Shown piece by piece: positions 40,522-55,700 of a stretch of DNA of 64,000 nt (position 1 is its first letter; each line of letters opens with the position of its first letter). Under the pieces are notes generated by a model. The model was not told where the DNA came from. It saw only the letters and a program-made list of their open reading frames with translations, and ran no database searches. This stretch comes from Eledone cirrhosa (taxonomy: Eukaryota). Where the stretch lies: assembly GCA_964016885.1 (NCBI GenBank), contig OZ024758.1:14756001-14820000 (forward strand). The letters are read 5' to 3'. The position numbers and the translations under genes are program-made.

Positions 40522-41666
40522 GTAAGTTAGACTTCATTTCAATTTCTTTTTATTCAGTTGTGTCAATGGCACAACAGCCTCCCTAGTTTTGGTGACATCT
40601 TAAAATGAAGCCACTACTCACTGTAAAGTGGTTGTTGTTAAGAAGGGTATGTAACCATAGAAAGCATATCTAGAAAAAGTTATGTGGACTTTGTGGTTGT
40701 GTCATGAACACACAGCATCTTTAGTGCTGGTGCCATGTTGAAATACACCCAGTAAAGCAATTTACACTAGAAATGGCATTGAGCTATAGTGACCATGCTG
40801 AAACTAGAACATGAGTCCTGGTCCATCTAAGAGGACTAGCTCTGATTGGTCTGTGACAACCCATGCCAAGATGATCTGATTTTTACAATGAAGGGTTACC
40901 TGTTTTACATCTGCTTTTCCATGTTGATATGAATTAGATGAAATATTTTGGAAGCAGATTTCCTATAGTCAAGTAGGGTATATAACGCTGATTATTGAGT
41001 TGTTTTTCATGCAATATTTTCTTTTATATAGTAAAATAAAATGCGACTTATGAGTATATATATCTATATACACATACACATGACAAGCTTCCAGTTTATC
41101 TACCAAATTCACTCATAAAGCATTTGTTGGTCTGAGCTTTTAGAGGACATTTGCCTAAAGGATCAAACCCCAGTATTACTTGGTTGTGAAGCAACCTTCT
41201 TAACCACACAGCCATGCCTCCTCCTACTTGTTAATGATTATGAAAAATCCTATCACTTTGCTGCGCCATCCTAATTTTTGTAAGGTTCCTAATGTCTGTG
41301 TTTACATTTTCATTCTGTAAGAACATGGATTCTTTGAAAGAACTTATGGTGTATACATGTACACCAGGACCAAACTGTTACTGCCTCTGTCTCAGTCTTT
41401 CCCATCTCAAATAATGCACTGGGTAATTGCTGGCCTTGTGCCGAAAGTAGAAACAATTATTATAAGTAAATGGAGGCTCACGTGCTGGTCACCCCACAGA
41501 CAGTTGTATATATTTAAAGTGGAGTGATTTGATTGGTAATTGAACTACCTGTAAATAGTTGTACCCTGGGAGATGAGTAATAGAGATTTTGAAGAAAAAT
41601 AAATTATTACTGAATGTTATTTGAGATTGAATAAAACATGAAATGTTAATTTTTTTTCTTTTTCAG

Positions 41667-41894
41667 AATCCTCTGCAGGTTTTGGTCAAAGCAATTATTA
41701 ATAGTGGTCCACGTGAAGATTCCACCAGAATTGGTCGAGCAGGTACAGTCAGGAGGCAGGCTGTTGATGTATCTCCCTTGCGTCGTGTCAACCAAGCTCT
41801 TTGGTTGTTATGTACGGGTGCTCGGGAGGCTGCATTCAGGAACATTAAGACAATTGCAGAATGTTTAGCTGATGAACTCATAAATGCCTCAAGG
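41667..41894 (+). CDS. RPS5: 40S ribosomal protein S5, coding exon 3
   Basis: ttttcag acceptor. Encodes [44 protein letters not shown]...ADELINASR (uS7 signature). Donor GTAAGT at 41895, 228 nt. Confidence 0.98.
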
Positions 41895-42712
41895 GTAAGT
41901 AAAAAACAAAAACAAAAATGACCTATTTGGGTTATTAAAAAAACCAGTTTTCTGGAACATGTGGCTTTAGCACTTCATCAGCATCTCTGTTTAATGACCA
42001 TTTTTCCACACTGGCATGGGTTATCCTGTTGTGAGCAATGCCAGGTCAGGCGACTATGTCTTGCTCGTACAGAACTGATTTTGGCTTGGGTTCTACAGCT
42101 GGATGATGCCCTCTCTAGTGCCAACCTCATTTATAGTGAGTGCTGTGTGCCTTTTGTCATGACCACTTTATAATGCGGGCTGGGTGCTTTTTTCTGTGAC
42201 CCCTACATTACCACTTTACAGTGTGGACGTGGTGCTTTTTGCTGTGACTCCTACATGACCACTTGACAGTGTTGACTGGAGACTTCACTGGATATATGCT
42301 TCAGCCTGTCCTCATGGGAGTGGATGGTACATACTATTTATATGCTTCAGTCATGGCATGTGCCTGTGGGAGGTCTGTCTTGGGTAATGCTAGAGTTTTA
42401 GCAAATCATCATCATTATCATCAACGCTGTTTTCCACACTTGCATGGACAAGCAGGTTAGATGGCCATGTTTTGTTCATGGATTCATAGTTTGGTGTGAA
42501 TTTTATGGCTGGATACCCTTCATAATGCCAACCACTTCATGACATATACCAGGTTTGTTTTCTCTTGGTACCACAACTATCACTGGCCAGATATGGCCGG
42601 TTTAAATGAACTAAATTAGTTTCTACTCATTTAGTATTTTATACATTTTTGTCATTGTGAACCACTTTTGTTTAGCATTCATTTTATCTCCTTTCCTTAA
42701 ATCTAATTTCAG

Positions 42713-42781
42713 GGATCTTCAAATTCTTATGCCATCAAGAAGAAAGATGAACTGGAACGAGTAGCCAAGTCCAATCGTTAA
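42713..42781 (+). CDS. RPS5: 40S ribosomal protein S5, last coding exon
   Basis: tttcag acceptor. Encodes GSSNSYAIKKKDELERVAKSNR*, the conserved RPS5 C-terminus. Spliced total is 204 aa. Confidence 0.97.
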   Translation, partial: GSSNSYAIKKKDELERVAKSNR

Positions 42782-42813
42782 AATATGTGTATTTTGGTTC
42801 GAGGTTTGGTGCC

Positions 42814-42819
42814 AATAAA
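42814..42819 (+). terminator. RPS5 polyadenylation signal
   Basis: AATAAA 32 nt after the stop, followed by a GT/T-rich downstream element (ctgttttttgttgttt). Confidence 0.85.
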
Positions 42820-43522
42820 CATCAGTCTGTGACTACTGTTTTTTGTTGTTTATATCATTATTTTATATTTTAATTACCTGTTTCACTCACTCTATCATAT
42901 CAACCCTAGTATTTAATTTTTCAAATCTGATTCTTAACAAAATACACACACATACATATATATGATGGGTTTCTGTAGTTTCCATCTGCCGTATTTTACT
43001 TACAAGGCAGTGGGTCAACCGAAGGTTTATAGGAGAGACTTGCCCAAGGTGCCACACAGCAGGAGTGAACCTGAAATCATGTGGTAAACCGAGCTTAAAT
43101 CACACAGCCTGCCATGTCTGCACTTGCATATATTTTTGTTTTGTTAATTTTGAGCTAGTATAGAGTTCTCTCCCCTGTTCCGAATATATCCTTTCATTGG
43201 TATATTTCAGTCTTCAACAGATACTTTAAAGTTTGTAGTTACTTTACAATAATTAAACCTAAAGTGTTTATATTTATTTAAAAGCTTTCCATCATAATTT
43301 TATGTAAGATCCTTTGAGTTTTGTTCCAGACATTGGTTAGTATCTCAGGCATTTAATTGCTGAAGATAGTTTTTTTTTTTTTTTTTTCAGTGTATTGTTT
43401 TTGAAAACTAAAATTTAATTCAGTCAAATATTATTGCTAATGAGAATTTATCATGGTTTAGCTCCACAACATGACAACCTGTTCAACCCATGCCAGAAAC
43501 TTACACAAAAATATATTTTATA

Positions 43523-43728
43523 TCTATATATATAAATTTGAGAAACGTCCATCTGTCACGCAATGTATGTATGTTTAAAAGGAAGGAAGGGGATGGTGAC
43601 AAAACTATAGCAAAACGGCGGTTAGTGTTCAATTTGCTACGCTGTGTGATTGCGTGTTTATATTTATATACTCATATGTATATATAAATGTATGCATATA
43701 CGCATGAGCGTGTTTAAAAAAATCCTAG
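43523..43728 (+). mobile_element. Probable non-autonomous Helitron
   Basis: A|TCTATATATATAAA 5' end, subterminal hairpin atacgc(atga)gcgtgt, CTAG|T 3' end and no TSD. Confidence 0.5.
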
Positions 43729-44625
43729 TACATATAAAAATGAGAAAACTCATTGCTTGAACAATCGTTAAAACAGCTAAATGCTGTCAAAGGCAGCAAT
43801 TGGTTAAAATGACTCAGGTGAGAGGTGGATGAAATCAAGAAAAGATTGAAGGGGGTGGGGGGGGGGGACAAAGAGGAGTGTGTTGGCGTATAGGAGTGAC
43901 TGGAAAAGGGTAATAAAGAAAGGTGATGTACAAAACAAGTTCATATACATCTTCACCCTCGGGCCAGATGCTGTGGCACTATCATGATTTGATCTCGTAT
44001 CCCCCGGTACCTTTTTTTGCTGAACCACTAAGTTCTGGGACATTACCATGGACACATGCGTATATATAGGACGGGTTTCTGTGTACTTTCAAAGTTGTAC
44101 TAGATACCCTAGGTTCCATGCAGTGGGATTGAACCCAGAACCAACTGGTTAAGAGACAAACACTTTAACCACTAAAGCACATTTTTTTCTGCTTTATCAT
44201 CATTGTTTAACATCCATTTTCCACACTAGTATGGGTTAGACGGGTTGTCCTGAAGCAAGTTGGGTCAGGTGACCCATGTCTTGCTCATACAGAACTGTTT
44301 ATGGCTGGATGCCCAGTTACAAATCTCCAAATTGTTTTTTTTAATTAATTGAAAATCAAACAGCATCTTTCATTAGAAATATGGTAACGAACTGAGTTAA
44401 ATTTTGTCATATTCTGCCAATTTTTTAAACTGAAAATCAGTAAAAATATGCAATTAACAAAAATTGACTTAATTTACATATGGAATTCACAAATCAATTT
44501 TTCAAAAATTTGAATGTGAAGTGTTCAGTGATTTGGAAAAACATTTGTTATTAAGTGAAGCTAACTCAAGGTCTGAATTTATGACTGTGCTTGTCCTACA
44601 ATCTGTTATACTTGAAATATGGTAA

Positions 44626-44813
44626 ATAATTGTTTCTACTTTTGGCACAAGGCCAGCAAATTACCCAGTGTATTACTGGTACTTTATTTTATCGACCCCC
44701 GTAAGGATGAAAGGCAAAGTTAACCTCGGCGGGATTTGAACTCAGAATGGCAAGGGCCGTAACTCTGCGTCAAAGCATGGCATTCGACCCTCTACCAATA
44801 CTGCCAATCCACC
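44626..44813 (-). mobile_element. SINE family A copy
   Basis: Reverse-complement match to family A. Confidence 0.85.
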
Positions 44814-45104
44814 AGTAATAATAAAAAAAAGGATAGGGTAATAGAGTAAAAAGTGGTTCCTCCTTCACTGTCCAATCATGCCTACATGGAAAACAAGGTC
44901 CACTCCACAATATCACTCTCCTTAAGGTTACCCTTTCTCTTGACAAGCCACAAGTAGCCAGTCCTGTGGTAAAACACTTTACATGAGTGTACTGAGTGCA
45001 TTTTATTGTCACCAGTAATACTACTTTACAGGTTTTATTGTGACACCAGTATAAACACTATACTGGGTGTATTTTATTGTGGCTCTGGCACTAACACTTT
45101 ACAG

Positions 45105-45240
45105 CAGACATGTCAAACATGCGGCCCACACAAAGGTTTTTACAGCACGAGCATGTTTTAATATAAAATAAATATTTGTTGTAATGTGTACAATTAGTTG
45201 TCGTGTGTCCCTTGGGGGAACCCACAGTTTGACATGCCTG
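45105..45240. mobile_element. hAT MITE
   Basis: CAGACATGTCAAAC...GTTTGACATGCCTG termini with a perfect 8 bp TSD CTTTACAG. Confidence 0.8.
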
Positions 45241-47129
45241 CTTTACAGAGTATACTGGGTGCATTTTATTGTGACACCAGCACTACTACTTTACAGTATA
45301 TACTCTGTGCATGTTATCTTCTAACCCTTTAATAGATGTTTGATTGAGACGCATTTCTCTCAATAAAGCTGTTTATGTGAGACTGCTGTAGGGAAAAAAA
45401 AATGCTGAACACCCCCATATAACTAAAAGTGGACTTGGCAAAATGTTTATAGATAATAACTGAAGTGAACTGCGAAGTAGACTGGTGTGTATATAGTCTC
45501 TCGTTGGTAGTACGTAATTACACCAGGTGAACCCTCGTCTGGTATAGATATACTAACAGGTGTGTCACAGGTGGATTGGCAGTATCGGCAGAGGGTTGGA
45601 TGCCATGCTTTGCAGCATAGAGTTATGGCTCTTCACAGTCCGAGGTTAACTTTGCCTTTCATCCTTACGGGGGTCGATAAAATAAAGTACCAGTAATGCA
45701 CTGGGGTAATTGCTGGCTTTGTGCCAAAAGTAGTAGCAATTATAACAGACAAAACTGAATAGCTAGATTGAAGTTAGAGAAGTTTATAGCCAGAAGCTCT
45801 GTTGAAATCAAACAATTCCTTGGCTACCAATAATGTTTTGTTTGCTTTTTCTTTCAATTCTATTTAAATAAAATGTAAAGTTTTATAGCACTTCTGTTCT
45901 TCAGCTAAACCAGGCTGTCATTAAATTGGAGACAGTCTCTCTTTCACTTGACATAATAGCCATTCCTTTGTCCCTTTCATCATCATCACCATCACTATCA
46001 TCATTTTATGCCTGCCTTTCAACAGGAGTTCCATACCATAATAATAATTGTTTCTACTTTAGGCACAAGGCCAGCAATCACCCAGTGCATTACTGGTACT
46101 TTATTTTATTGACCTTGTAAGGATGAAAGGCAAAGTCAACCTCGGCGGGATTTGAACTCGGATCGTAAAGGGACGTAACTATGCTGGAAAGCATGGCGTC
46201 CAACCCTCCACCGATACTGCCTACCATAATAATAATGTATCTTCCACTGTATTCAAAGATGAGCTTTCGGTTGTTTGATGAACTGATGATGATGATTATC
46301 ATCATTTTACGTCTGCTTTTCCCTGATTGCAAGGGTGGGACGGGTCCTACTCAGCACAGCATCTCTTCATTTGTCACGGTCCTTTCCTTTGTCAATTTCT
46401 CCGTGAGATTCAGAGATCTGAGGTCAGCTCTCACCACCTCCGTCTTCCTTCTACTGGCATTTCTTGGTCCTATATTTCCTGGAGGAATCGAAGGGGTACT
46501 GTATTGACATACAGCATTTCTAGGACATTTAAAAAAAACTTGGTGGAGCTCATCTCTTCAGGTCTGAATACAGCAATTTCATCCAGAAAAGGATGGAAGT
46601 GAGAAAGAGGTATAGAGGAAGAATTGACTCCAGTACTAAACTGGTACTTTTTTAATTGACCTCGAATGGATGAAAGGCAGAATTGACCTCAGCAGGATTT
46701 GAACTCAGAGAGCAGAGAGATGGATCCAATACAGTAAAGCATTCAATCCATTAAAATTGGCATTCTAACGACTCCACCAATTTACCATCTTAGGGGATAG
46801 ATTAGAAACAAATAAATAGGAAATTTATTTCACTTATCTAGGTTCTCTATGGAATCAGTATATGCATTTTTAAATGCTTTGAAATACAATTAGAATGAAA
46901 TTATGGTTAAGAAATGTCCATGATAAAATGGTATTAAATTTAAAATTCTCATTTGATAATTGAATTTCAGTCCATAAATGTTCTGTCACTCTTAAAAGCT
47001 CATTGTATATTTTTCTTCTGTAGTTTAGAATATATTGTCACCTTTGAGAATTGGCTGCCTGTTGAGTAATTTCTTAAGTATTTCTAATTTTATTGTTTTA
47101 ATGATATATATATGCAAGGAAAAGAAATG

Positions 47130-47440
47130 TAAAATGATGCAAAGCATAAACGAACTAAGGAAAAAATTAGAAATAAGAGGGATCAGATGTTGTTTACTCG
47201 AGAGAAGGCTACGTTGGTATGGTCACGTGATGCGCATGAAAGACGACAGCTGTATAACAAAGTGCAGGGCAATAAAGATAGATGGTAGCCACGGAGTAGA
47301 CAGACCCAGAAAAACCTGGGACGAGCTGATAAATTCCGACCTCACACACACACACCTCTCCAAGACAATGTCACTGGACCGAGACCTTTGGCGGTACTCA
47401 GTAATAAGAGAAGACCCGCGTTACCTAAATACAAAGTAAA
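47130..47440 (+). mobile_element. RTE-clade LINE 3' fragment
   Basis: ERRLRWYGHVMRM...DRPRKTWDELI...DRDLWR. Confidence 0.8.
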
Positions 47441-48048
47441 ACCTACTACAGTCAGTAGGCATCTCTAACAAAATACACCCCCCGTCCAACCACCCCCACC
47501 CCATCCACACCGCCCCTTTCAATGTAAAGTTATGTTGGTGCCACAAAATCCAGGCCGAAACAAATGAGATCGTGTAGGTGTCACGAAAAAAAAAAACACA
47601 CAGTCCACGCTGTAATGTGACCGTGTAGGCAACACGGTAAAAACGTCCCAGTCCCACACTGTAAATGTGGTTGGTGTTAGGAAGGGCATCCAGCTGTAGA
47701 AAACCTGCCAGACAGTCCACGCTGTAATGTGGCCGTGTAGGCAACACGGTAAAAACCTCCCAGCCCCACACTGTAAATGTGGTTGGTGTTAGGAAGGGCA
47801 TCCAACTGTAGAAAACCCGCCAGACAGTCCTATGCGAGCAAGACAACCACTCTTGCCTCAAGTGGGAAAACTCCCGTCCAAACCCATGCAAGCATGGAAC
47901 ACGGACGTTAAACGATGATGATGATGATGATGATATATATATACACATATATATATATATGTAAAAAGGTAAACAAAAATAACAACACAATCGGTACAGT
48001 ATATGGAAGGTATATATTAGGTTAACGCTTGATATAGCAGGAAGAGGG

Positions 48049-48084
48049 TCTTAACGTTTTGGACGCTAGTCTTTCATCAGAAGA
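48049..48084 (-). ncRNA. Degenerate minimal hammerhead ribozyme
   Basis: Minus strand reads tctt-CTGATGA-aa gac(tagc)gtc c-AAAA-cg-TT-aaga. GAAA has changed to AAAA, and the ACGT palindrome is retained. Confidence 0.45.
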
Positions 48085-48936
48085 AAGAATGGGAAATAAA
48101 ATAGATTGAGGGGACGGGCGGGATGGAATTGGAAAAAATGTCTTTAGATAAAAATAACAGGTCCATTCATGTTGACATCTTATATATATATATATAGAGG
48201 GTGTCCTTATTGCCAACCTACTTTACAGGGTGTACTGAGTGAATTTTCATGACACCTAAACTAGAGTGGTTCTCGGTTATTGTCTTAACCCTTTACCATT
48301 TACTATTATATTTTCACGGTAAAGTCTTTACCTCACACATTATTTCACATAATATTGAATCTATGAGATTTTGATATTATTTATTTTGGGAACAATACCT
48401 TAACATCAGTATGAGTGGCCCATTATAGCTGCTTTGAACAGAAAGAGGTGAGGGAATTCTGGCCGGATATGGCCGTTTAAATGCTTAAGAGTTAAATTTA
48501 AATCTTCCAACATATTTATATATGAGAACCATATGTTAAGTTATTAATCTTAGTAATGAAATAATTAATAATTTTATTAAATCCCTCAAAATGCTTCACT
48601 AATTAATTAAAATATGGTCATGAAAGAGTTAAAACAAACATCTTAGTATCATAGAACCTGGGGTGGTTTTATGTGGTTTGGCATCAGGGGTGGTTTCATC
48701 TAGTTTGGTATCAGGGGTGGTTTTATGTGGTTTGATATCAAGGGTGGTATCAGTTGTGGTTTTATGTGGTCTGGTATCAAGGGTGGCTTTATGTGGTTTG
48801 GTATCAAGGGTCGTTTTATGTGGTTTGATATCAGGGATGGTTCCATGTGGTTTGGTATCAAGCGTGATTTAAGATGGTTTGATATCAAGGGTGGGGTTTC
48901 AAGTCGTTTGGTATTAGTATTGTTAATTCTTGTTTA

Positions 48937-49127
<191 letters not shown>

Positions 49128-51001
49128 ACACATACAGACACACACACATACAGACACACTTTCTAATTCTTCATCACTACTTAACTTCAGCCCCTCTCTT
49201 TCCTCATGTATTACACTCTCTCTTTTCTCTTCTCTCTCTCACCACTATCCCCCTCTCACTTTCTCATCACTATCCCCCCCCCCCCCTCTCATCTTTATTT
49301 CTCTCATCTATCTTCAACACTCTCTTTATTCAGATATCCCCCTCACTATACCCTCTCTCTCTTTCTCTCTCCTCACTATACCCCTCTCTTTCTCTTACTC
49401 TCTCCTCAATATCCCCTCCCCCTCTCTCACTTACCATCTCCTCACTACCCCTCCCCATCTCTCCTCACTATCCCCTCCTCCCTCTCTCCCTTACTCTCTC
49501 CTCACTACCCCCTCTCTCCTCACTATCCCCTCCCCTCTATCTCCCTTACTCTCTCCTCACTACTCCCTCTCTCTCCTCACTATTCCCTCTCCCCCTCTCT
49601 CTCTCTCTCCTCACTCTCAATATAAATACATCAAAAACTATATAATCAATAAATTGTTTCTATTCAACAAACCACAACTTTCTGACAATGATTCTGGTTT
49701 TTCTATGATTTTTCCTTTACCAAAGGAAACATTGTTTCCTTAGTTCCACCCGAGGATTGTCTCCCCTGCTTTTTTTTTTCTTCTTTTGTTTCTTGTTTCA
49801 AAATCCTTCCTTTTGAATCATTCCATCCCTTCCCCTCTTCTCTGCCCCCCCCCCCCTCCCCATCTTCCTCACCCTCTTCGCTCTCATTCCCTCACTCACA
49901 CCTCCTTTTTTGTGTTTTGTGGTATTTGATTCAACTCTGTACTCTGTACTCTGAATTCAAATTATGCTTCTTTCTACCAGGAATTGAGATTACAGACATT
50001 ATCAGTAATGGAAAGCCTATCAATTGGCTGCTATTTCTAGCAGGTTGAGCTATATGTACAAGGCTTCTCTTTATAGGCTCGTGATCAAGTTAAATGGCTA
50101 GAAGGCCACAGAAAGAGTTCAAATTCTGTCAGGAATTGAGACCAGCATACACCAGTAATAGAAAGACTTATGGAAGCATAGTGTCCGTCACCTTGTCTAT
50201 CAATTAGCTCCTTTCCTCTCCCTCTTTTGGCTGCTATTTCTAGCAGGTTGAGCTTCTATATTTACAAGGCTCCTTCATATTCTTGAAGGCTAAAGAAATG
50301 GTTCAAATTCTGCTTCTTTCTGCCAGGAATTGAGACAACAGACATTATCAGTAATGTCCTTCACCTTGTCTATCAATTAGCTCCTTTCCTCTCCCCCCTT
50401 GGCTGCTATTTCTAGCAGGTCGACCTAATATATTTACAAGGCTCCTTCATAAGCTTTTGAGGCTTATGATCTAGTCAATTGGCTCTGTTGTTCTCCCTCT
50501 TTTTGGCTGCTATTTCTAGCAGGTTGAGCTAGTATATTTACAAGACTCCTTCATAAACCTGTGAGGCTTATGGCTTATGATCACGCCAATTAGCTCCTTT
50601 GTTCTCCCTCTTCTGGCTGCTATTTCTAGCAGGTCGACCTAATATATTTACAAGGCTCTTTCATAAACCTGGGATGCTTGTAATCAAGTCAATTGGCTCC
50701 TTTGTTCACCTTGTTTTGGCTGCTATTTCTAGCAGGTTGAGATAATGTATTTACAAGGCTCCTTCATAAGTTAGTGTTCAAGTTAAATGGCTAGAAGGCT
50801 AGAGAAAGAAATGACAGATTCAATAAAGAAATGAGTTTTAAACAGTGTTGAAGAAACAATATAGTTACAACAGTATCTATAACAAGAGGATTATTGTAAA
50901 GAAAAGCATTGAGCTGGAAATATAGCCACAAACCATGGTTTTTTTAACTTAAATATAAAAAGCTGCTTCAAAAACTAGCAAAATAAATACTCCCACATGA
51001 T

Positions 51002-51035
<34 letters not shown>

Positions 51036-51289
51036 CATGACGTTAAACGATGATGATGATGTGTGTATGTATGTATATATATGCGAGTATATATATACAT
51101 ATATTATGATGATGATGATGATATATATACATATATATATTATACATATTATATATATATATATATTATATATATATATATATTATACATATATACATAT
51201 TATATATATATATTATGTATATATTATTCATATATATATTATGTATATATATATACATATACATATATATATTATATATATCATCATTC

Positions 51290-51624
51290 ATCATCATTTC
51301 ATTTTACATCCGCTTTTCCCTGCTTGCAAGGGTGGGACGGGAACTGATTCTGGCTTGATTTCTACAGCTGGATGCCCTTCCTAACACCAACCTCATTTAC
51401 AGTGAGTGCTGGGTGCTTTTTTGATGTGGCACCTCCACGACCACTTTGCAGTGGAATGATAGGGACCTCAGTCCCTATCATCTCATTTCTACAGCTGAGT
51501 AAACTGGAGCAATGTGAAATAAAGTGCCTTGCTCAAGGAAACAACACATCACCCGCTCTGAGAATTGAACTCACAACCTTTCGATTGCAAGGCCAATGCT
51601 CTAACCACTAAGCCATGTGCCTCC
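51290..51624 (-). mobile_element. SINE family B copy
   Basis: Reverse-complement copy embedded in (TA)-rich repeats. Confidence 0.85.
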
Positions 51625-54600
51625 ATATATATATTATACATACATACCTATACACACACACACATATATATATTTACATACATATATATATATGCAAGCA
51701 GGGAAAAGTGGATGTAAAATGATGATGATATATATGCATGGCTTTATTGAATTGTATTTAATTTTATATATTGATATATATATATATATTTATCTTTGAA
51801 TAAAATAATTTATTCACAGAAATATATGCATGTATGTATGATTATACAATCATTAGTTGAATATATATACACAAATGTATTTTGCTGGGTAAATGTCATC
51901 CATGCAAAAATTCCTTTCTCTGAATAAAAAGAGCCCCAAAAAACCTTCACAAAACAATACAGAATAAATTAATTTGATTCAAACATACATTTATTCATGA
52001 CAATGGCTGAACTATAATTTCTAGCAGCATATTTAAGATTATTTTGTGTGTATGTGCTTCTTTGTGTTAAGAAAAGAAATGTCTTTGCTGACTTGTCTCC
52101 TGGTATCCATATAAAGGAAGTTTGCTGTGGTTTAATGGGATATAAACAATCTTTGGTGATTTGAGAAATATGGGCAGTGAAAACTATCTGCTGTTGTGAG
52201 TTGTGTGTGAGTGGTGAGTGTGGCTGATGGGTGTTGTGAGTGTGGCTGATGGGTGTTGTGAGTGAGTGGTGAGTGTTGTAAGTGTGAATGGTGAGTTGAG
52301 AGTTGAGTGTGAGTGGTGAATGTGAGGTGAGTGTGAGAGGTGAGTGTTGTAAGTGTGAATGGTGAGTTGTGAGTGGAGAGTTGTGTGTGAGTGGTGAATG
52401 TGAGTGTGAGTGGTGAGTGTTGTAAGTGTGAATGGTGAGTTGTGAGTGGAGAGTTGAGTGTGAGTTGTGTGTGAGTGGTGAATGTGAGAGGTGAGTGTCA
52501 GTAGTGAGTGTTGTAAGTGTGAATGGTGAGTTGAGTGGAGAGTTGAGTGTGAGTGGTGAGTGTTGTAAGTGTGAATGGTGAGTTGTGAGTGGAGAGTTGA
52601 GTGTGAGTTGTGTGTGAGTGAGTGGTGAATGGTGAATGTGAGAGGTGAGTGTTGTAAGTGTGAATGGTGAGTTGTGAGTGGAGAGTTGAGTGTGAGTTGT
52701 GTGTGTGTGAGTGATGGGTGTGAGGGGTGAGTGGTGTGTGTGAGTTGTGAGTGCGAGTGGTGAGTGTGAAATGTTTGGGGGAGGGGAAAGTCGATTAGAT
52801 TGACCTCAGTACATTACTGGTACTTTATTTTATCAACCCCATAATGATGAAAGGCAAAGTTAACTTCGGCAGGATTTGAACTCAAAACATCAACTTAATA
52901 ATGAAAAAGTTAGTTATTTCAATACATCCAAGAGCCTTTGTTAAGTTACATTCCAAACATCAACTTAATCATGGTTTCTGATTTAGGCACAAGACCAAAA
53001 ATGTTTTGGGGAGGGGAAAGTCGATTAAATCGACCCAGTGCATTACTGGTACTTTATTTTATTGACCCTGTAAGGATGACAGGCAAAGCTAACCTCAGTT
53101 GGATTTGAACTCAGAACATCAACTTAATAATGAAAAAGTTAGTTATTTCAATAAATCCCTACAAATTCTTGATTATTAAATTTAAAAAAATGAAAATCAT
53201 AGACAGTTTTTTTTTTTAACAATAGAAATATAGCAATGAAAGGGTTAAACTACTTTCATAAACTGATTCTGGAATATTCTTTGCATAATGAACTTTACCA
53301 TAGATGCCACATAAGGTTTGGTATTAAGTTGGGGTTAAAACTTTTAAAGTTTATTGAATATTGAGAAAGCAGGAGACAGTATTCTTTGATTTCAGTTTTA
53401 TAGAAAGAATTAGCATTAACTTATATTTATTCATTTATTCATTTACCAATCTTGTACAACAAGGGAACTGAAAAATTTGCTTCACAACAATGTTGAGTAA
53501 AAATGTTCTTCCCATCAGCATCATAGGCTGCTTTTGGTTTTCATCTTGCTGCAAATATCTTTAACAATTTTGACATTTATTCTAGCCCTTTAGCATTTAA
53601 ACCGGCCAAATCCAGCCAGAATTATTTCACCTTTTGCCTTTCATCCTTACGGGGTTGATAAATAAAGCACCAGTAATGCATTGGGGTTAATTTAACCCTT
53701 TAGCATTTAAACCAGCCATATCTAGCCAGAATTCTCTCATCTCTGTCTGTTAAAACTGGCTGTAACCCGCTGCTCACTTATTTTAAGGTATTGTTCTCAA
53801 AATGAATAATATCAAAATCTCATAGATTCAATATTATATGAGATAATTATGAGAGATAAAGTGTTTACCATGAAAATACAACAGTAAATATAGAGTAATG
53901 TAAATGCTAAAAGGCTAGACACCCAGCCCAACAACTGTCTTTTCTAAAAAGGAAGTCTTTTTCTGCTGAGAAAAGGAAATGCCTCCTCTCACTTCCTCTC
54001 ATGAAAACGAATTACTCCCACTCACTTCCTGTTGTGAAAAGTGCACTCTTCTGTTTTTCAGACATTCTCTTGGCAAAGACCAGTTACTTATATTTGACTG
54101 GGGATAGCAATATACTTCAGATAGAAACACCTGTCTATGAGAAAGATCCACTCTAATTGCTGCCAAGTAATCACAAAGAATTACTTCTTCTCAGGTGTAG
54201 ACAATGTATGTACAAACTAGCAATCCACCTGTCTCCATATCAAGTCCAAGCTGTAGCAATGAATGTTGGAATCATGAAAGGTAGGTCTGAAGAAATTGTT
54301 GCAATGCTTGAGAGGATCCATTTAATTATGTTGTAGGCAAAAGGTTAGACTTCTTATGGAGGGTGTGTTTGAGGACTCTGCCTCTACAACCCTCTCAGGA
54401 ATAACAAAAAAAGAGTAGAAACAAATAAAGAAAAGGTAAGCAAAGAAAAAAACAAAAGAAGGCTATTACTATTAGTATTGATGGCAAGGTGGGTCTATGA
54501 ATTCTTGAGTAATATTATTATTAAGTTAATGATTGGTGGATTGGCAGAATCGGTAGACCGTTGGACATGTTTAGCAGCATAGAGTAATGGCCCTTTACGT

Positions 54601-55347
54601 TCAGAGTTCAAATCCCGCTGAGGTTAGCTTTGCCTTTCATCTTCACGGGGTTGATAAATAAAGCACCAGTAATGCACAGGGGTCGATTTAACCCTTTCAC
54701 ATTTAAACCAGCCGTATCTGGCCAGAATTCTCTCAGCTCTGTTCGAACTGGCTGTAACTGGCCGCTCATACTGATGTTAAGGTATTTTTCTCAAAATAAA
54801 TAATATTAAAATCTCATTGATTCAATATTATGTGAGATATTATGTGAAAATATATTAGTAAATATAGAGTAATGTAGATGCTAAAGGATTAATTGACTTT
54901 CCCCTCCCCACAAAATTACTGGTCTTGTGCCTAAAGTAGAAACCATTATCAAGTCAATGAGGTTCTTTGTAGCTTGAAGCTAGGAGTAATGCATCATGGA
55001 GCTGCAATTATTGTCATTTTCAAGTTTTAAGGATGAGTTTCATTATGATGAATTTCATTAAAATATTTCACATTCAAGCGATTGGTATTGTAAATGATGC
55101 AAGCCTTTATAAACAAAATACTTGAAACAACAATTCATACAAATATATTTATAGAACTATATAAACCTCTTCAGTGTTGAAGATGAGAATAAATGTAAAA
55201 TGTTTGATTTAATTTGAAGAGATAGAGTTGATTAACGCTTTCATTAATCATATTTCTTGTAAAAGGCATTGCATATGATTTCCAAATCATTTTCAAAATC
55301 ATCAAAAATGTAGTTGGGTTTAGTATGATGACTAACTTTCTCATTAT

Positions 55348-55700
55348 TAAGCTGTTGAGCTGATATTTTGAGCATAGCTCAACAAGTGTTTTTAAGCTGT
55401 TGAGCTGATGTTTAGAGTGTAGCTCAACAAAGGTTTTTAAGCTGTTAAGCTGATGTTTGGAGCATAGCCCAACAAAGGTTTTTAAGCTGATGTTTGGAAC
55501 ATAGCGCAACAAAGGTTTTTAAGCTGTTAAGCTGACGTTTGGAGCATAGCTCAACAAAGGTTTTTAAGGTGTTAAGCTGATGTTTGGAACATAGCGCAAC
55601 AAAGGTTTTTAAGCTGTTAAGCTGACGTTTGGAGCATAGCTCAACAAAGGTTTTTAAGCTGTTAAGCTGATGTTTGCAACACAACTCAACAAAGGTTTTT
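55348..55700. repeat. ~43 bp minisatellite
   Basis: Unit aagctgttaagctgatgtttggagcatagctcaacaaaggttttt-like, ~8 copies. Confidence 0.85.
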
